A stretch of DNA of 64,000 bases from Eledone cirrhosa (taxonomy: Eukaryota), in assembly GCA_964016885.1 (NCBI GenBank), contig OZ024746.1:16926001-16990000 (forward strand). Reading direction: 5' to 3'. The position numbers and the translations under genes were made by a program. Every line of letters begins with the position of its first letter. Position 1 is the stretch's first letter. This document shows positions 1 through 12,179 of the stretch, piece by piece. Below the pieces are notes generated by a model. That model worked only from the letters and a program-made list of their open reading frames with translations, did not search any database and was not told the DNA's origin.

Positions 1-199
1 TTAAGATTTGTAAAGTCTGTGAATTAGCATTGATTAGAGTATTGAAGAAATGCCTTGTGGTATTTGTTCTGGCTCTCGATTCAAATCCCATTGCAGTCAA
101 CTATGCTTTTCATATTTTCAAGTTCAATAAAAAAAAAGTACCAGTCTAGAATAGTGGATTAACAGCATTGTTAAAACATCAAATGTTACGCTTTGTGGT

Positions 200-520
200 G
201 GTTGTTTGGGATCTTTGCATTCAGAATTCCAATCCTACTGTGGCTTACTTGTGTGGCAGGCTTAATCACCACCATCTTGTCTTTGGGTACTTTTAGCAGA
301 GTCCATTTTGTTGAAAGCATTTGGATGAAGTCTCCAGTTTGAGAATACTTTACCCCTCCCCTCCCTTCCCTCCCTCTTACCTGTCTTAGTTTGAATGAAG
401 TCTCCAGTTTAAGGCTACCTTACTTGCTTTTACCTGTCTTAGAGGATCTATGAAGGGTCATAGGTACTGTCAGTCCCTCTCTGATTAAACAGTAAAAAAT
501 AAAATCACTCAGAATAAGAA
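200..520 (+). mobile_element. Degenerate SINE-like element: tRNA-type head joined to a distinct body; second copy at ~58370-58600
   Basis: B-box remnant (aattccaatcctac) followed by ttaatcacc...tttgggtacttttagcagagtcc...agcatttgg. The same order of motifs is seen at 58396-58600. Confidence 0.45.
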
Positions 521-629
521 ACGTTGTTAATCTTCTGAAACTAGTTTCATTATTCGTGCTTATTCTTTTAGCTTTGTATGTTCTGAGTTAAAATTCCACT
601 GGGATCAATAAAATGAAGTACCAATCAAG

Positions 630-822
630 TACAGTATAATCAACCTTCCCCCTCTCTCTAAACTGCCAGCACTATTATATCTTGATTAGTACTGGAGTCA
701 AGTATAATCAACCTCCCCTCTCCCTCTAAACTGCCAGCGCTATTATATTTAGATTAGTACAGGGGTCAAATGTAATCAACCTACCCTCTCTAAACTGCCA
801 GCGCTATTATACTTAGATTAGA
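630..822 (+). repeat. Three tandem copies of a ~67 bp unit derived from a SINE 3' region
   Basis: aatcaacc..ccctctctaaactgccagc(a/g)ctattata..gattag occurs three times directly after aataaaatgaagtacc. Confidence 0.75.
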
Positions 823-1279
823 AACCTCTGCTAACAGTTATTCTGTCAATCTCAATACAAAGTTGATTTTGTTTGGATGTAAACACACAACTATGACTTA
901 ACCAACACTGTAGTGGATCTGGGCAGGCTTAAGTAGTTAAAAGGTTTGCCCCACAATCATGAGGCCCTGGGTTTGATCCCACTGTGTGGTATCTTGAGTC
1001 AATCCAAGCCTTGTGAGTGAAATTGGGTCGATGAAAACTGTGCAGAAACCTGCTGGATGGATTGTACCATGTAATTCAAAGGTTCAACCTTGTCACATAC
1101 TGTGTCAAAGAATTACATTAAGAGTACAAATATCTGCAATACTCAGTTGCTTGTACTTTAATTCACCAGTTGGGGGTTAAATAGATTGAATGGCTGAATG
1201 CTCAGATCAAAGGATAATTCTTTCAGTACACTGTAACTTGTCAAGTCTTGGTGGATCTGCGCTAAATCAAGCGACTTAC

Positions 1280-1332
1280 ACCATCAAATTGGAACAACAG
1301 CAGCCTGGTTTGGTCTTTGTTAAAAACACAAA
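1280..1332 (-). CDS. Candidate 53-nt internal exon of an unidentified minus-strand gene
   Basis: On the minus strand: acceptor ctcatttctttcag, 53 nt, then donor T|gtaagt. Open frames are xCVFNKDQTRLLLFQFDG and FVFLTKTKPGCCCSNLM. No partner exons were found. Confidence 0.3.
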
Positions 1333-3019
1333 CTGAAAGAAATGAGGAGCCATCATACAGTAGCAGTGTTTTATGAAGAAAGCTAAATGAATGACTAAAT
1401 ATGTTAATTAGATATGAGTAGATTAGAAAATAATTTGTTTTTCCTGCAGCAATAAAGCTTATTAGATGTATTTCTAGGAATTATTTACAATTTAAATGAC
1501 AGGAAAAAAGGTTTTAGAGTATATGATGTTATGCTAGTTGTTTTTACCCTCAAGGTTTTTACATTGTCTCGTACACACACATACACAAGCAGATACATAC
1601 ATTCACATGCACTCGCACTCACACACATGAACTCACACACACCCAGTGACACTGACACTCTGACGTGTTCACACACACACACACACACACAGCAGCTACA
1701 ATATACACACCCACTCACACATGTGGTAAGAAATACATTTATTTCAAATATTTGAAGGTTTTGATATTGTCCAGTGAAGGCAAAAAATAAAAATTGCAAT
1801 AGCTGTGCCCCAGCATGGCCTCAGCCTGTCAGCTGGAACATGTATTAGAGTAATAGAGTAATGGTTGAAAAGGAGTGAGATGGTTGCGGCTTGAGGTCAA
1901 CTTTACCTTTGATCTCTGAGGATTGTTAAAATAAAGTACTTGTCAAGTATTGGAATAGATATAACTGACTATTTCCTCTCTTCAAATTTCTGATTTATAT
2001 TGAGACAGGAAGAGTATTGAGCTTTAAAAACTTCCAAAACAAAGGGTTGAGAGGGTTTTTCAGTTGTGTCAATGACATAACATCTTCCCTAGTGTTGGTG
2101 CCATGATAAAATACACCCAGTACACTGTACAGTGTAGGAATATATGTGAGATATGGTCCCCAGCTGGTCTGAAAGGTCAGAGACTCTGATTAAATATTGA
2201 CTTGGTCTGTAATGACTCATCTATCACTTGCTAACAAGGAAAACAGAAGTAAAATGATGATGATGATGATGATATTTTTCATTTAGTTCTTTTTGCCTAG
2301 AACCCTCCAGAGTATCACATATAGTAAAGTGAAATGCAAAAAAAAAAAAAACAATGAAATTTACAGCTCATACCTATGCAAGTTTCATTGGCTTCCTATA
2401 TGGTTGCATCTCATTGTAGGCTTCTTGGGTGTTTTAATGATAATAGGGCCTCCAGTTCTGGCGTGAAAAGCAACATGAAAGGAAGTGTTTTCTTACTGAA
2501 GAACACAATGTGTCACTTGGTGCAATAATTAAACCCGCAAGCTTATGATCATGTGTCCAATACCCTAACCACTAGGCCATGTGCATTTATAACTAGTAAT
2601 ATTTTCAATATCAAAAATAAATGGAATATATTTGGAACATTTCTAAAGTTAGCAATTACATAGTATGGGTCAAAAAGGGTTATATTTGAAAATCTTTCAA
2701 AATTATTCAAAAACCACTGATGGTGTCTTTTAGAAATATGGTAATAAAAGGGTTAAATATTAAGTAGAGTCAGTTATTTTGTCTAAGGATACAATACACT
2801 GTCAACAGAAGTTTACAAACCTATAACTTGAAACCCCATCACTGTATAGGGAAAGGAAAAGTAAAGGGTCCTTAATTCTTGATTGGGTCATAGGGGTGCT
2901 GTCCTGACACAATTCCTCTCCAGGTCTGAATAGAACTGATTTCTTCTAGTGAGAGAGAGGGAGGAGAGGGAGAGAGAGAGAGAGAGAGCAAAAGAAAGTA
3001 ATAAAAAGAGGTAGAAGAA

Positions 3020-3170
3020 TCTACCCCAATACATGACTGGTACTTTATTAACTTTGAAAGGATGACAGGCAAAGTTGACCTCGGCAGGATTTGAATTCAG
3101 AGCACAGTAAGCTGGAACAAATACTGAGGCATTTAATCCAACACCCTAACTCTAATTGCACTGTCTACAG
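3020..3170 (-). mobile_element. tRNA-derived Deu/Nin-type SINE copy
   Basis: tggtactttatt...aggatgacaggcaaagttgacctcggcaggatttgaattcag is the reverse complement of the B-box plus core. Confidence 0.8.
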
Positions 3171-3437
3171 CAGTACATATGCCACTGATACCTGAGTCTA
3201 GAATTGGGAGGATCTGGGATGATTCATTCTATAAGTGTGTATATGTTTGGTTCTATGTAATGTCATCTGGTTAGTTCTGATATTCACATTTGACATTGAA
3301 TTGTTTGTTCAACTATATCTTGTTACAACTGTAACTATAATCACCATATATGTCCTTTAACATCTCTCTTCAGATCTAATTGGGATCAAATGACAAGGAA
3401 ATAACCAACCACATTATTAGTTATAATATCCTTATAG

Positions 3438-3550
3438 ATGGCAAATTGGGCAGAATCGTTAGAACATCAAATAGTATTTGCTCTAGCTCTCTGAGTTCAA
3501 ATCCCACCAAGGTCAACTTTGCCCTTCATCCTTTCGAGGTTGATAAAATA
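3438..3550 (+). mobile_element. Deu/Nin-type SINE truncated at the Gypsy fragment
   Basis: gagttcaaatcccaccaaggtcaactttgcccttcatcctttcgaggttgataaaata, lacking the usual aagtaccag tail. Confidence 0.8.
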
Positions 3551-4687
3551 GCTGTCCACTAAGATGTCATCAATATAGGAGATGGTGACCCTTTTCACCT
3601 CGTCTACCTTTCCCTCGTCTACAGCCCAAACCCCAGTCTGGTAAAAAAGTATGTCTGACCCTTATATCTTACCAGCTGATAATTCCACACTTTTTTGGCC
3701 ACGTGTAGCTGCAGATATGCTGACTTCAAGTCAACGATTGTGGAAGTCTCCACCATCTGTTTCTCCTCCTGCAAGGTTTCCTCACAGATGTCTGTAACCT
3801 GATTGCCCATGTGGTATGATACGTAGTTGTTCAGCTCTCAAAAGTCTAGTACCAGTCTGAGCTTGTTTTGCTTTGGCTGCACCACTGCCATTAGTGGCAA
3901 CAGTCCGCTTTTTACCTCCTCCTTCCAGGGATTAAAATACCCTCTTTGATCCATCTTTCCAACTCTCCCTCAAACTTGCTTCTGGTATCTCCTTTCAGGG
4001 AATGCTGATAGCAGCTCATCCTATTATTCAACATCTGGGTCTCTCCTTTCTAGTAATACTCAACTGTCCACCAATAACTATTGAATACAGCCTGAAAATC
4101 CTTATCTTCAATGGTGTGTACAGCACATTTTCCTTCAGGTCTCTCCCAACTCTCCTGTTGCACACTCATAGTACATGGTGCCCCTGCATCACCAAATGTT
4201 AACCCATCCTCTCTAACTGTAACACCTCCTAAATGGTCGATTGTATCCATGCCCTCACTATATAAACCTCATCCATCATGTTGTCAATCACAATCACTTG
4301 CAGTTATATTATTGTTCTCTGTACCACCATTTCAACTTTACTGCTGCCTCTACATCTGATCTCTCTGCCATCAATTGCCTTACACTGTTCATTCTGCTTC
4401 ACAAGAGCTCTTGACACGCCCCCCCCCCCCCGAACCCCCACTACAAGCAGTGACTACAGGAACACCCCTATTCGCTTGCTGGGGTAGCTACTGGTGCAGT
4501 GGCCTCTATTTGACTGTTTACCTAGCTGCTTCCCCAACTAATCATTGACTTGACAAAAGAGAGAGAGAGAACCCACGACCCTGATGCTACTTCCTGCTCC
4601 CTTCTGCTTCCATCAAAGCCCTCTGGCCCCATAATGTCACTGACCTTTATACTTCTGGCAAGGTCCCCAGCACCACACTATGGTTGG

Positions 4688-4690
<3 letters not shown>
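3551..4690 (-). mobile_element. Degraded Ty3/Gypsy LTR retrotransposon (LTR end/PBS, protease remnant, reverse transcriptase)
   Basis: Minus-strand translation gives GMDTIDHLGGV, LLPLMAVVQPKQNKLRLVLDF*ELN, VDLKSAYLQL, TRLGFGL and catalytic SYIDDIL (3561-3580). A PBS-like aca-tta-tggggccagag lies at ~4621-4637. Stops and frameshifts are present. Confidence 0.85.
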
Positions 4691-4725
<35 letters not shown>

Positions 4726-5777
4726 CATATACATCTGGCTTAGGGGTCTGATAAAAAAAAATGTTTAATAGTTAGCTTGTAGTGATTTTGCTTGCAGTAA
4801 GACAACAGTGAGCTCACCTGTAATCACCTGATACAGGTTTTAGTCAACTTACACAATTAACAGTTCTTCTTACACTGTATCACCTGGCTGTTATTTCAAT
4901 TTGATATCTTTATAGGAAATATCAGATGTAATTAAATAATAGAAACAAAAAAAAAAGGAAATAGATATATAACTCTGTCGCCATAAATTATTGCAACAAA
5001 GGTTTAAGAGTGAAAAAAAATAGAGTATATTACAATAGAATTAGTTTCATATGTGTTAAAACAGGTTAGTCTCTCTAATATATATATCTCTTACCTCTAA
5101 CTTGATCTGGTTCATATGTCATTGCTTTCACTTCAACATTTTATGTCCTGTTAATCTATTGATTTTTTTTTGTTTTTACTATCCCACCGCCACAACCATA
5201 TACTTGTTATTTCATTTTTTTTTCACATTGTTTCTTTTCTTTGGCATAACTAGTTTATCACCCCCTGCCCCTACATCATGAAAAAGTATCTCTGCAGATT
5301 TCAATTTAAAAACTCAATTCTGTTTCCAATCTGCGTTGTTCCACTTTCACTTAAAACCACTGATGAGCCCTGCTAGAAATAGCAGCTATATTATATCTAT
5401 TAATTAATATGGACACACTCTCTTTTAAGGGGAATAACTCCTATAATATCAGTTGACTGAATTTTTTTGGAAGATAAAGATGATGCAGACGATGGGGAAA
5501 TGAAATAAAACTGAAATGTCCATTCCTTTGGAAGAGTTGACTTTAAAGACAAGATCCCAGACATATTTACATCATCTTTAGAGTTGATGACCGAGACACA
5601 TTGCCTGAAGATAAAACAGGTTGGTCATGAAGGAACCCATTTTGTTATAGGACTGTTCAATCAGTGCTGACTTGAGGCTAAGTTAAACAACTAACAGTGC
5701 AGCTTGGAAAAGTATAAAAGTCACAACCTCTACACAAGTACTAACCTTTTGAAGTTAAGGTTGATTCTTCTTAAAAT

Positions 5778-5820
5778 ATAAACTATTAACAAAGGTTCAT
5801 AACCTTTGTTAATAGTTTAT
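5778..5820. repeat. Perfect 20-bp inverted repeat with 3-nt loop
   Basis: ataaactattaacaaaggtt-cat-aacctttgttaatagtttat. Confidence 0.9.
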
Positions 5821-6510
5821 TCTATTTATAGTTCTAGTTACATGGCTTAGATTAGAAATTACCAATTGTGACATAAGTTTTAGAAATAACATATTTCATG
5901 ACTTAATAATTGTTTTATAGTGACATGACATGGAGAAAATTAATAAATAAAATATATTATGCACCACCAGTTATGTGTCTATTTCTATATAGTTTTCAGA
6001 TCTCGAATATACTTTTCACCCCCCCCCCCCCCCCCATTATCATACGTGGTAATGCCAGGTTTTGGGTTGCCTCAGCATTTTTAGAGAGCAATACCAGCAG
6101 TATTTTCTGTTGTAGTGTGTAATGGAAGTATAGCATGTAAGCTTTTCCTCTTTTGTTTGTGACTCAAAAAGACAAGATGGAGTAAAAAGATGATGAAGAC
6201 ATAGGAGCAAGAATAGTCATTGACAAGGTTACAGATATGTGATGAAAGAGCTTTGGCAATTAAATATGACAATTAAACAACCATCTTGTTACTAAACTAA
6301 TTTAGGAATTGATTAGTTACCTAACTAATAATAAAACTGAAGTGAAAGTCAACTGATGCATGTGTTTATATTGGCAGCATAAAGTCAAACAATTTCTGAC
6401 TCACTTTTGGTAAATCTCTACAATTGTTGAATGAATAAAACAAAACAATAAGACAATAAAAGTTGACCGTTTGACTAGAATGTAAAAGAGTTATCTTGCT
6501 TGCTTATTTA

Positions 6511-6766
6511 TCAACCCCCTCGTTACCAAATTCCTAATGACATACAGTCTTTGGTTTCCAGTTAATTTTTAAAATAAGAATTCAGAGGGATTTATAATAT
6601 AACTAACTTTATCATTATCAAATTGGTGTTTGGATTATAACTTAACAATGGTCCCTCATATAAAATTTTGATGGAACAGTTTTTAGGTAAAATCACTTTA
6701 AAATAATATTTTTCTAATGGTAGAGCTAGGGGTTGGTTTCAGGCAGGCTGGTATTAAAAGGGTTTC
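6511..6766 (+). mobile_element. piggyBac-like MITE (~250 bp, (T)TAA-CCC...GGG-TTAA ends)
   Basis: Starts tcaaccccctcgttacc and ends ggtttcaggcaggctggtattaaaagggtt. Related copies at 7584, 30393, 33981, 34326, 49914 and 58779. Confidence 0.6.
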
Positions 6767-7583
6767 ACAGTCAAACATTTATAACAATTGATCAGATTTT
6801 ATACAGTTTCATGACACAGCAGGAGATTTATAGGTAACACAGGAAAGTGTTTGGACACAGTTTGGGTTAAATAAACATCCTTTATGAATTGTTGAGGAAT
6901 TTATAGGCTGGGGCTGCTACATTCATTCTTCCACATTGTCTCTTTCCCTCCCTCTCTCTTCAGCTTTAATTATGTCCTCCAGGACTGTCTTCTTGTCCTT
7001 TCCTCTCACTGACAGTTAAACACCAGTTTGTATGTTTTTCATGGTTAGCTTTCCTATTTTTAGTTGTGGACACTGTACACTTATTTACCTTCCTTGTTCC
7101 CTGTAATGTAGGTCAATAGATTGTGCGGCAGGTGGGGGGGGGGGGGGTTGTCATTTGGTTTTCACACCAAAAGCAACACACTCTCTCTCTCTCTCACACA
7201 CACAAATCTTCATCTTTTAATGGGCCACTTTCCCTGCTAGCAAAGGTTTGATGGGTCTTTGCAGGCCATGTCTACCATTCTGCACTCTACCATGGCAGCA
7301 GCTCCAGAGAGGCTGTCATGTCACTGACATAACTAGAGGGTCTTCCCAACCTTTTGTTTGGCAAGTTCTCTATGGATGAATGCTCTTCCTATCACCAACC
7401 ACTTTACAGCGTGTACTGGGTGTGTTTCTTGTGTAGATGACAAACTCTAGGGAGGTTGTCATGTTCTTGTCATGACTGAAAAGTCTTCCTGACCCTTTGT
7501 CTGGCAAACTTTCTATGGATGGATGCTCTTCCTTAACTTGAAAAAAAGAGTACGGATGGGTAGATGTGATTGACTTAATCCCT

Positions 7584-7916
7584 TTAACCCTTTTAATACC
7601 AAACTGCCCGAAACTGCATGTCAATCCTGTTAATGAAGATTATGAACAGGAGAGATGACTGTATGCACCCTTGGCGGAATTCGATACCCACATTGAATAG
7701 TTTCAACTTAGCACTATTTATCTGAACACAAATACTAGGCCACACACCTTAGCAATACTCCTTCCACCATAATTTTATATTAGAATCTTTATGTTCAACA
7801 AACACCAGCTTAGTAATGAGAAAGTCACTTAGATTATTAAGTTTCTCCAGATTCTTGATTATTTTCAACATCATAGGCATTGTCTTTCATTAAAAGTGTG
7901 ATAACGATAGGGTTAG
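7584..7916 (-). mobile_element. piggyBac-like MITE containing a ~145 bp internal RTE-LINE RT fragment (7614-7758)
   Basis: Ends ttaacccttttaataccaaac and gataacgatagggttag. The insert translates on the minus strand to ICVQINSAKLKLFNVGIEFRQGCIQSSLLFIIFINRID, the RQGC..S..LF RT motif. Confidence 0.65.
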
Positions 7917-8305
7917 GGCTGTGCCCCAGCATGGCCACACTCTAATGACTGAAACCAGTAAAGAGTAAATAAATAAATGAGCCTGTTTATTTGGTCCCAG
8001 TGATGTTGATTGGAAATGTATTAACAAGATGATTCCCAATGACATTTTCAGCTTCCTTGCTATTAACTTTTAATCAACTGTCAACATTGAAGGAAATATA
8101 TCCTTTAATCAGACTGTCAAACATATTTCACACAACTTTTTCTTTTTCACTTATACTCAGCTTTTTCAGTTCAGTTTTTAGTAGTCTCTCTCTCTCTGTG
8201 CTTTTCTCTCTCTTCACTCCCTCCACCTCACCCTTTTCTATCTTTTTCCATGATCTACCTTATTTCCCTACTCTGTTTGTCTTCAAATCCCTTTCTCCAC
8301 TTTTT

Positions 8306-8339
<34 letters not shown>

Positions 8340-9509
8340 TTTTTCCCATTCTCACCATCCTACTACCTACCTATCTGGTTCTATGTCTGTCTCTACATTT
8401 TATGAAAAGTATTTACAACAAAATATCAAAGTTTATCAACTTAACTTTCTATATTTACTCAATCTTTCTTTTTACAAACATGTTGCAGTAGAATTGTTTC
8501 ACAGTTTATTTGTAACATCTGCACCACCACAGCCTTCAACCATCCCTGTATTTTACTGACAATCACCACCATTTAAGAAAATGTTAAATAAAACAAAACA
8601 TTGTTTTAGAGAAAGGATTTATATAAAGAAAACAGATTTTTATGAAATTTTATCAATAGACAGCTTATGTTGCCAAGCCCCCTCAATATTTTTGCAAAAC
8701 CTTGGAGTTCCTACCATTTGTAAAACACTATTTTAAAGGATTCTTCATGAAAAAGTGTCTTATAGTCAAAAGTAAACTCCATTGTTTATTCAGAGGTCTA
8801 TCTCCTCCAAAGAGGAATAGCTTAAAGATAGAGACAGCATTCTTTTTATGTACACAGTAAAGTACGAAGCAAAAACCATTGTATTTTTGCTTATCTCATG
8901 ATTGAAATATACTTGTGTGCATGCATACACCCCACTTGTGCTTTCATATGCATTAGTGCAGGCATGTATATCTTACATTGATACACACATTTGTGCCTAC
9001 ATACACACATACACAGATACACACAGTCATACCCACAAGCCAACAAATCAATGGAGACAATGAAAATGTTTGATGTTCACTCAATTACTTAATGGAAAAC
9101 AATTTTACTCTGACTGTTGAAGTGAAAATTGCTAATATAATCAGATTTGCTTCCATCTTGAAATAATCACATCTCCCTTCATTTCTTCCACTGGATTATT
9201 ATTATCGTTATTATTATTATTATTGTTGTTATCATCATCATCATCATCATCATCATCATCGTTGTTATTTCTTTGTTATTTTTATTTCAAATGTATCCAA
9301 CTGCCATCTCTCTTTCCTTTAAAAGATACATGGCAGGTTTGTCTGTAAATATCATGTTTTATTCAAGTTTTATCCAATTTTTTTTTCCGGTACTAAAATG
9401 AACTTTTTCTCCAAGTAGATTTGACTGATTGTTTTTTTTTAATTTCCCCAAGGTATATTTAATAATAATGATTATTATTATTGCCAAAAGTAGAAACAAT
9501 TATTATTAT

Positions 9510-9703
9510 TAATAATTGTTTCTACTTTTGGCATAAGGCCAGTAATTACCCAGTACATTACTGGTACTTTATTTTATCGACCCCGTAAGGATGAAAGGCA
9601 AAGTTAACCTCGGCGGGATTTGAACTCAGAATGGCAAGGGCCGTAACTTTATGCGTCAAAGCATGGCGTCCGACGCCTCTACCGATACTGCCAATCCACC
9701 GCC
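9510..9703 (-). mobile_element. Young Deu/Nin-type SINE, minus-strand copy
   Basis: CpG-rich and nearly identical to the reverse complements of 9772-9954 and 63034-63225. Confidence 0.9.
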
Positions 9704-9771
9704 CTATTATTATTATTATTAATAATAATAATAATACTGATGAGAACATCATCAACAATGACAACAAATCA

Positions 9772-9954
9772 GTGGATTGGCAGTATCGGTAGGTCGGACG
9801 TCATGCTTTGACGCATAGTTACGGCCCTTTCCATTCTGAGTTCAAATCCCGCCGAGGTCAACTTTGTCTTTCATCCTTACGGGGTCGATAAAATAAAGTA
9901 CCAGTAATGTACTGGGTAATTGCTGGCCTTGTGCCTAAAGTAGAAACAATTATT
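9772..9954 (+). mobile_element. Young Deu/Nin-type SINE, plus-strand copy
   Basis: A-box-like tggcagtatcgg, B-box gagttcaaatcc, core actttgtctttcatccttacggggtcgataaaataaagtaccag, tail gccttgtgcctaaagtagaaacaattatt. Confidence 0.9.
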
Positions 9955-10028
9955 GAAATAATTTCCTATTTTTAAAAGGTAGCTCATCTTCAATTTTATT
10001 TATTTTTTCATATTAAAGATAATGAATG

Positions 10029-10612
10029 CATGAAAGGTAGGTAGATATTAATAACCCATGAAAGGTAGGTAGATATTAATAACCCATGAAAGGTAGATAG
10101 ATATTAATAACCCATGAAAGGTAGGTAGATATTAATAATCATGAAAGGTAGATAGATATTAATAACCCATGAAAGGTAGATAGATATTAATAACCCATGA
10201 AAGGTAGATAGATATTAATAACCCATGAATGGAGGTAGATATTAATAACCCATGAATGGAGGTAGATATTAATAACCCATGAAAGGTAGGTAGATATTAA
10301 TAACCCATGAAAGGTAGGTAGATATTAATAACCCATGAAAGGTAGGTAGATATTAATAACCCATGAAAGATAGATAGATATTAATAACCCATGAAAGGTA
10401 GATAGATATTAATAACCCATGAAAGGTAGGTAGATATTAATAACCCATGAAAGGTAGATAGATATTAATAACCCATGAAAGGTAGATAGATATTAATAAC
10501 CCATGAAAGGTAGGTAGATTTTAATAACCCATGAAAGGTAGATAGATATTAATAACCCATGAAAGGTAGATAGATATTAACCAATGAAAGGCAAATAGAT
10601 TTTAATAATCCA
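10029..10612 (+). repeat. 28-bp minisatellite, ~20 copies
   Basis: Unit catgaaaggtag(g/a)tagatattaataacc; period 28 (10029 to 10057). Confidence 0.95.
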
Positions 10613-10678
10613 TGCTAGCATGGAACTAGATTAGATATATATAGAGAGATAGAAAGATGTTTAGATAGATAGATATAT

Positions 10679-11606
10679 TTCTTTATTAGCCACAAGGGCG
10701 CACAAGAAAAGGGGACAAAACAAAGACATGCCGGGGATTTTACATATAATCGTGTAAAAAAATATAAAACAAACAATTATAATAATCGAAATCCCCAATG
10801 GGGGGAGGCGCCACAAATGGGTTGTTTAATACCCCGTCGATAGAACAACCCTCAACTTCAGGAGCGTGTTGTGCAAGTGCTCCTTTCTTCCTTTTGCTCT
10901 CTTCTTCAACCTACAGGTTTATATACAGAGAAGGCCCAATCACTCAGGCCATTTTTTCCATATTCACCCACCTTTCAGTAAATTTACTGGGGTGCAGTGC
11001 CTCTCTCGCCATTCTGATTCCTCTTCTAAAGTGGTATCTAAAGAAGGGAATGAGTTGTTGTCCGGAGAGAAAGGCATCTGTTCTCAGTCCTCTAAATCTT
11101 GTCCATCATATAACCTCTTTCACCATAGCCACTATACAGAGGAAAACCGCCTCTCTTTCGTTTTTGAAAGAAGTTGGCGGTTTGATCCTTACTATGGACT
11201 CGGCAGTCAACTGGATTTGTCCCATATGTGACAGCAGTTGTTCCGCATAGTTCCACAGGTCGGTTATGTCCGGGCAGTGTACAATTGCATGCTGGATGGT
11301 TTCAATGTCCTGCGCGCATCTTGGACATGTCCTCTTGGAAGGATCCCTGCCGGGGCGTCCGTGCCTGTAGATTTTGTCACAAACTGGTAGAGCTCCTCGG
11401 TAGCACTGCCAGGCCAGGGACCTCTGGAAGTTGTCCATAGGTCCTGGGCGGAAAGTCCTACCAAACAGACTGGTGAGCTCATCGTCTTCGACGCCCAGAG
11501 TCTCACCGAGCATGCCGTCGCCCTTGTAACGTACAATCCCTCTATAGTATGTCAAAGTGGAGTCTCCACTGATTGCTGTGCCCGCTTGCCAGAGGACTGT
11601 AAGCGC
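10679..11606 (-). mobile_element. 5'-truncated L1/Tx1-clade LINE (ORF2 C-terminal zinc knuckle plus 3' UTR)
   Basis: ORF 11106-11555 contains CPRCAQDIETIQHAIVHC (CCHC zf-RVT type). aataaa lies at the 3' end. Flanked by a near-duplicated tagatagatagatatat target. CpG-rich. Confidence 0.85.
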
Positions 11607-12179
11607 TTAGATAGATAGATAGATATATAGAAATAGATAGATGGTTAGAAATAGATAGATACAAATTGGAGTTAATAGATAGATATAAATTGATAAGTGA
11701 GATAGAAATGTTGTTTGATATATTTTCAGTTAAATATTGTATCTAATTTTCTATGGTAGTGTGCAATAGTGTAAAAGTATTAAAAAAAGATTAAAATAAG
11801 CATGGTGGGTGGTGGTAATTAAATAATGAAAAAAAGAAAAGGAGGGAATGAAGGAGGGGAAAAACTATAAATCCTTTACTAGGTGGTATATCTCAGGTGT
11901 CACACATGGAACAGCTAGTGAGACCTGCTACATTGGACATTCTACTGTGGGGTTCCTTCCTCAGAAAAGGTTTACACCTCCCAAATTTAGAGAGGAAAAT
12001 GGCAGCAGTCAGGAGCTCTACCAGTTTGTGACAAAATCTACAGGCACGGATGCCCCGGCAGGGATCCTTCCAAGAGGACCAACACAATAAAGAAGTAGTT
12101 GGTCAATTCCCAGTATTTGAATATCTTCCACTCCCCTACTTTATGCTAACTTAGGTTGAATAGGTCATAACAGTCTGAG

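Noticed and set aside
5355-5395. CTGATGA...GAAA hammerhead look-alike
   Set aside because: No stem II; the GAAA belongs to the end of an unrelated repeat (ctgctagaaatagcagc).
8039-8491. Hydrophobic 150-aa 'membrane protein' ORF (also 38582-38951)
   Set aside because: CT/T-rich low-complexity DNA producing F/L/S-rich translations.
10798-11536. Overlapping + strand and alternative-frame ORFs
   Set aside because: Shadows of the minus-strand LINE ORF2 fragment.
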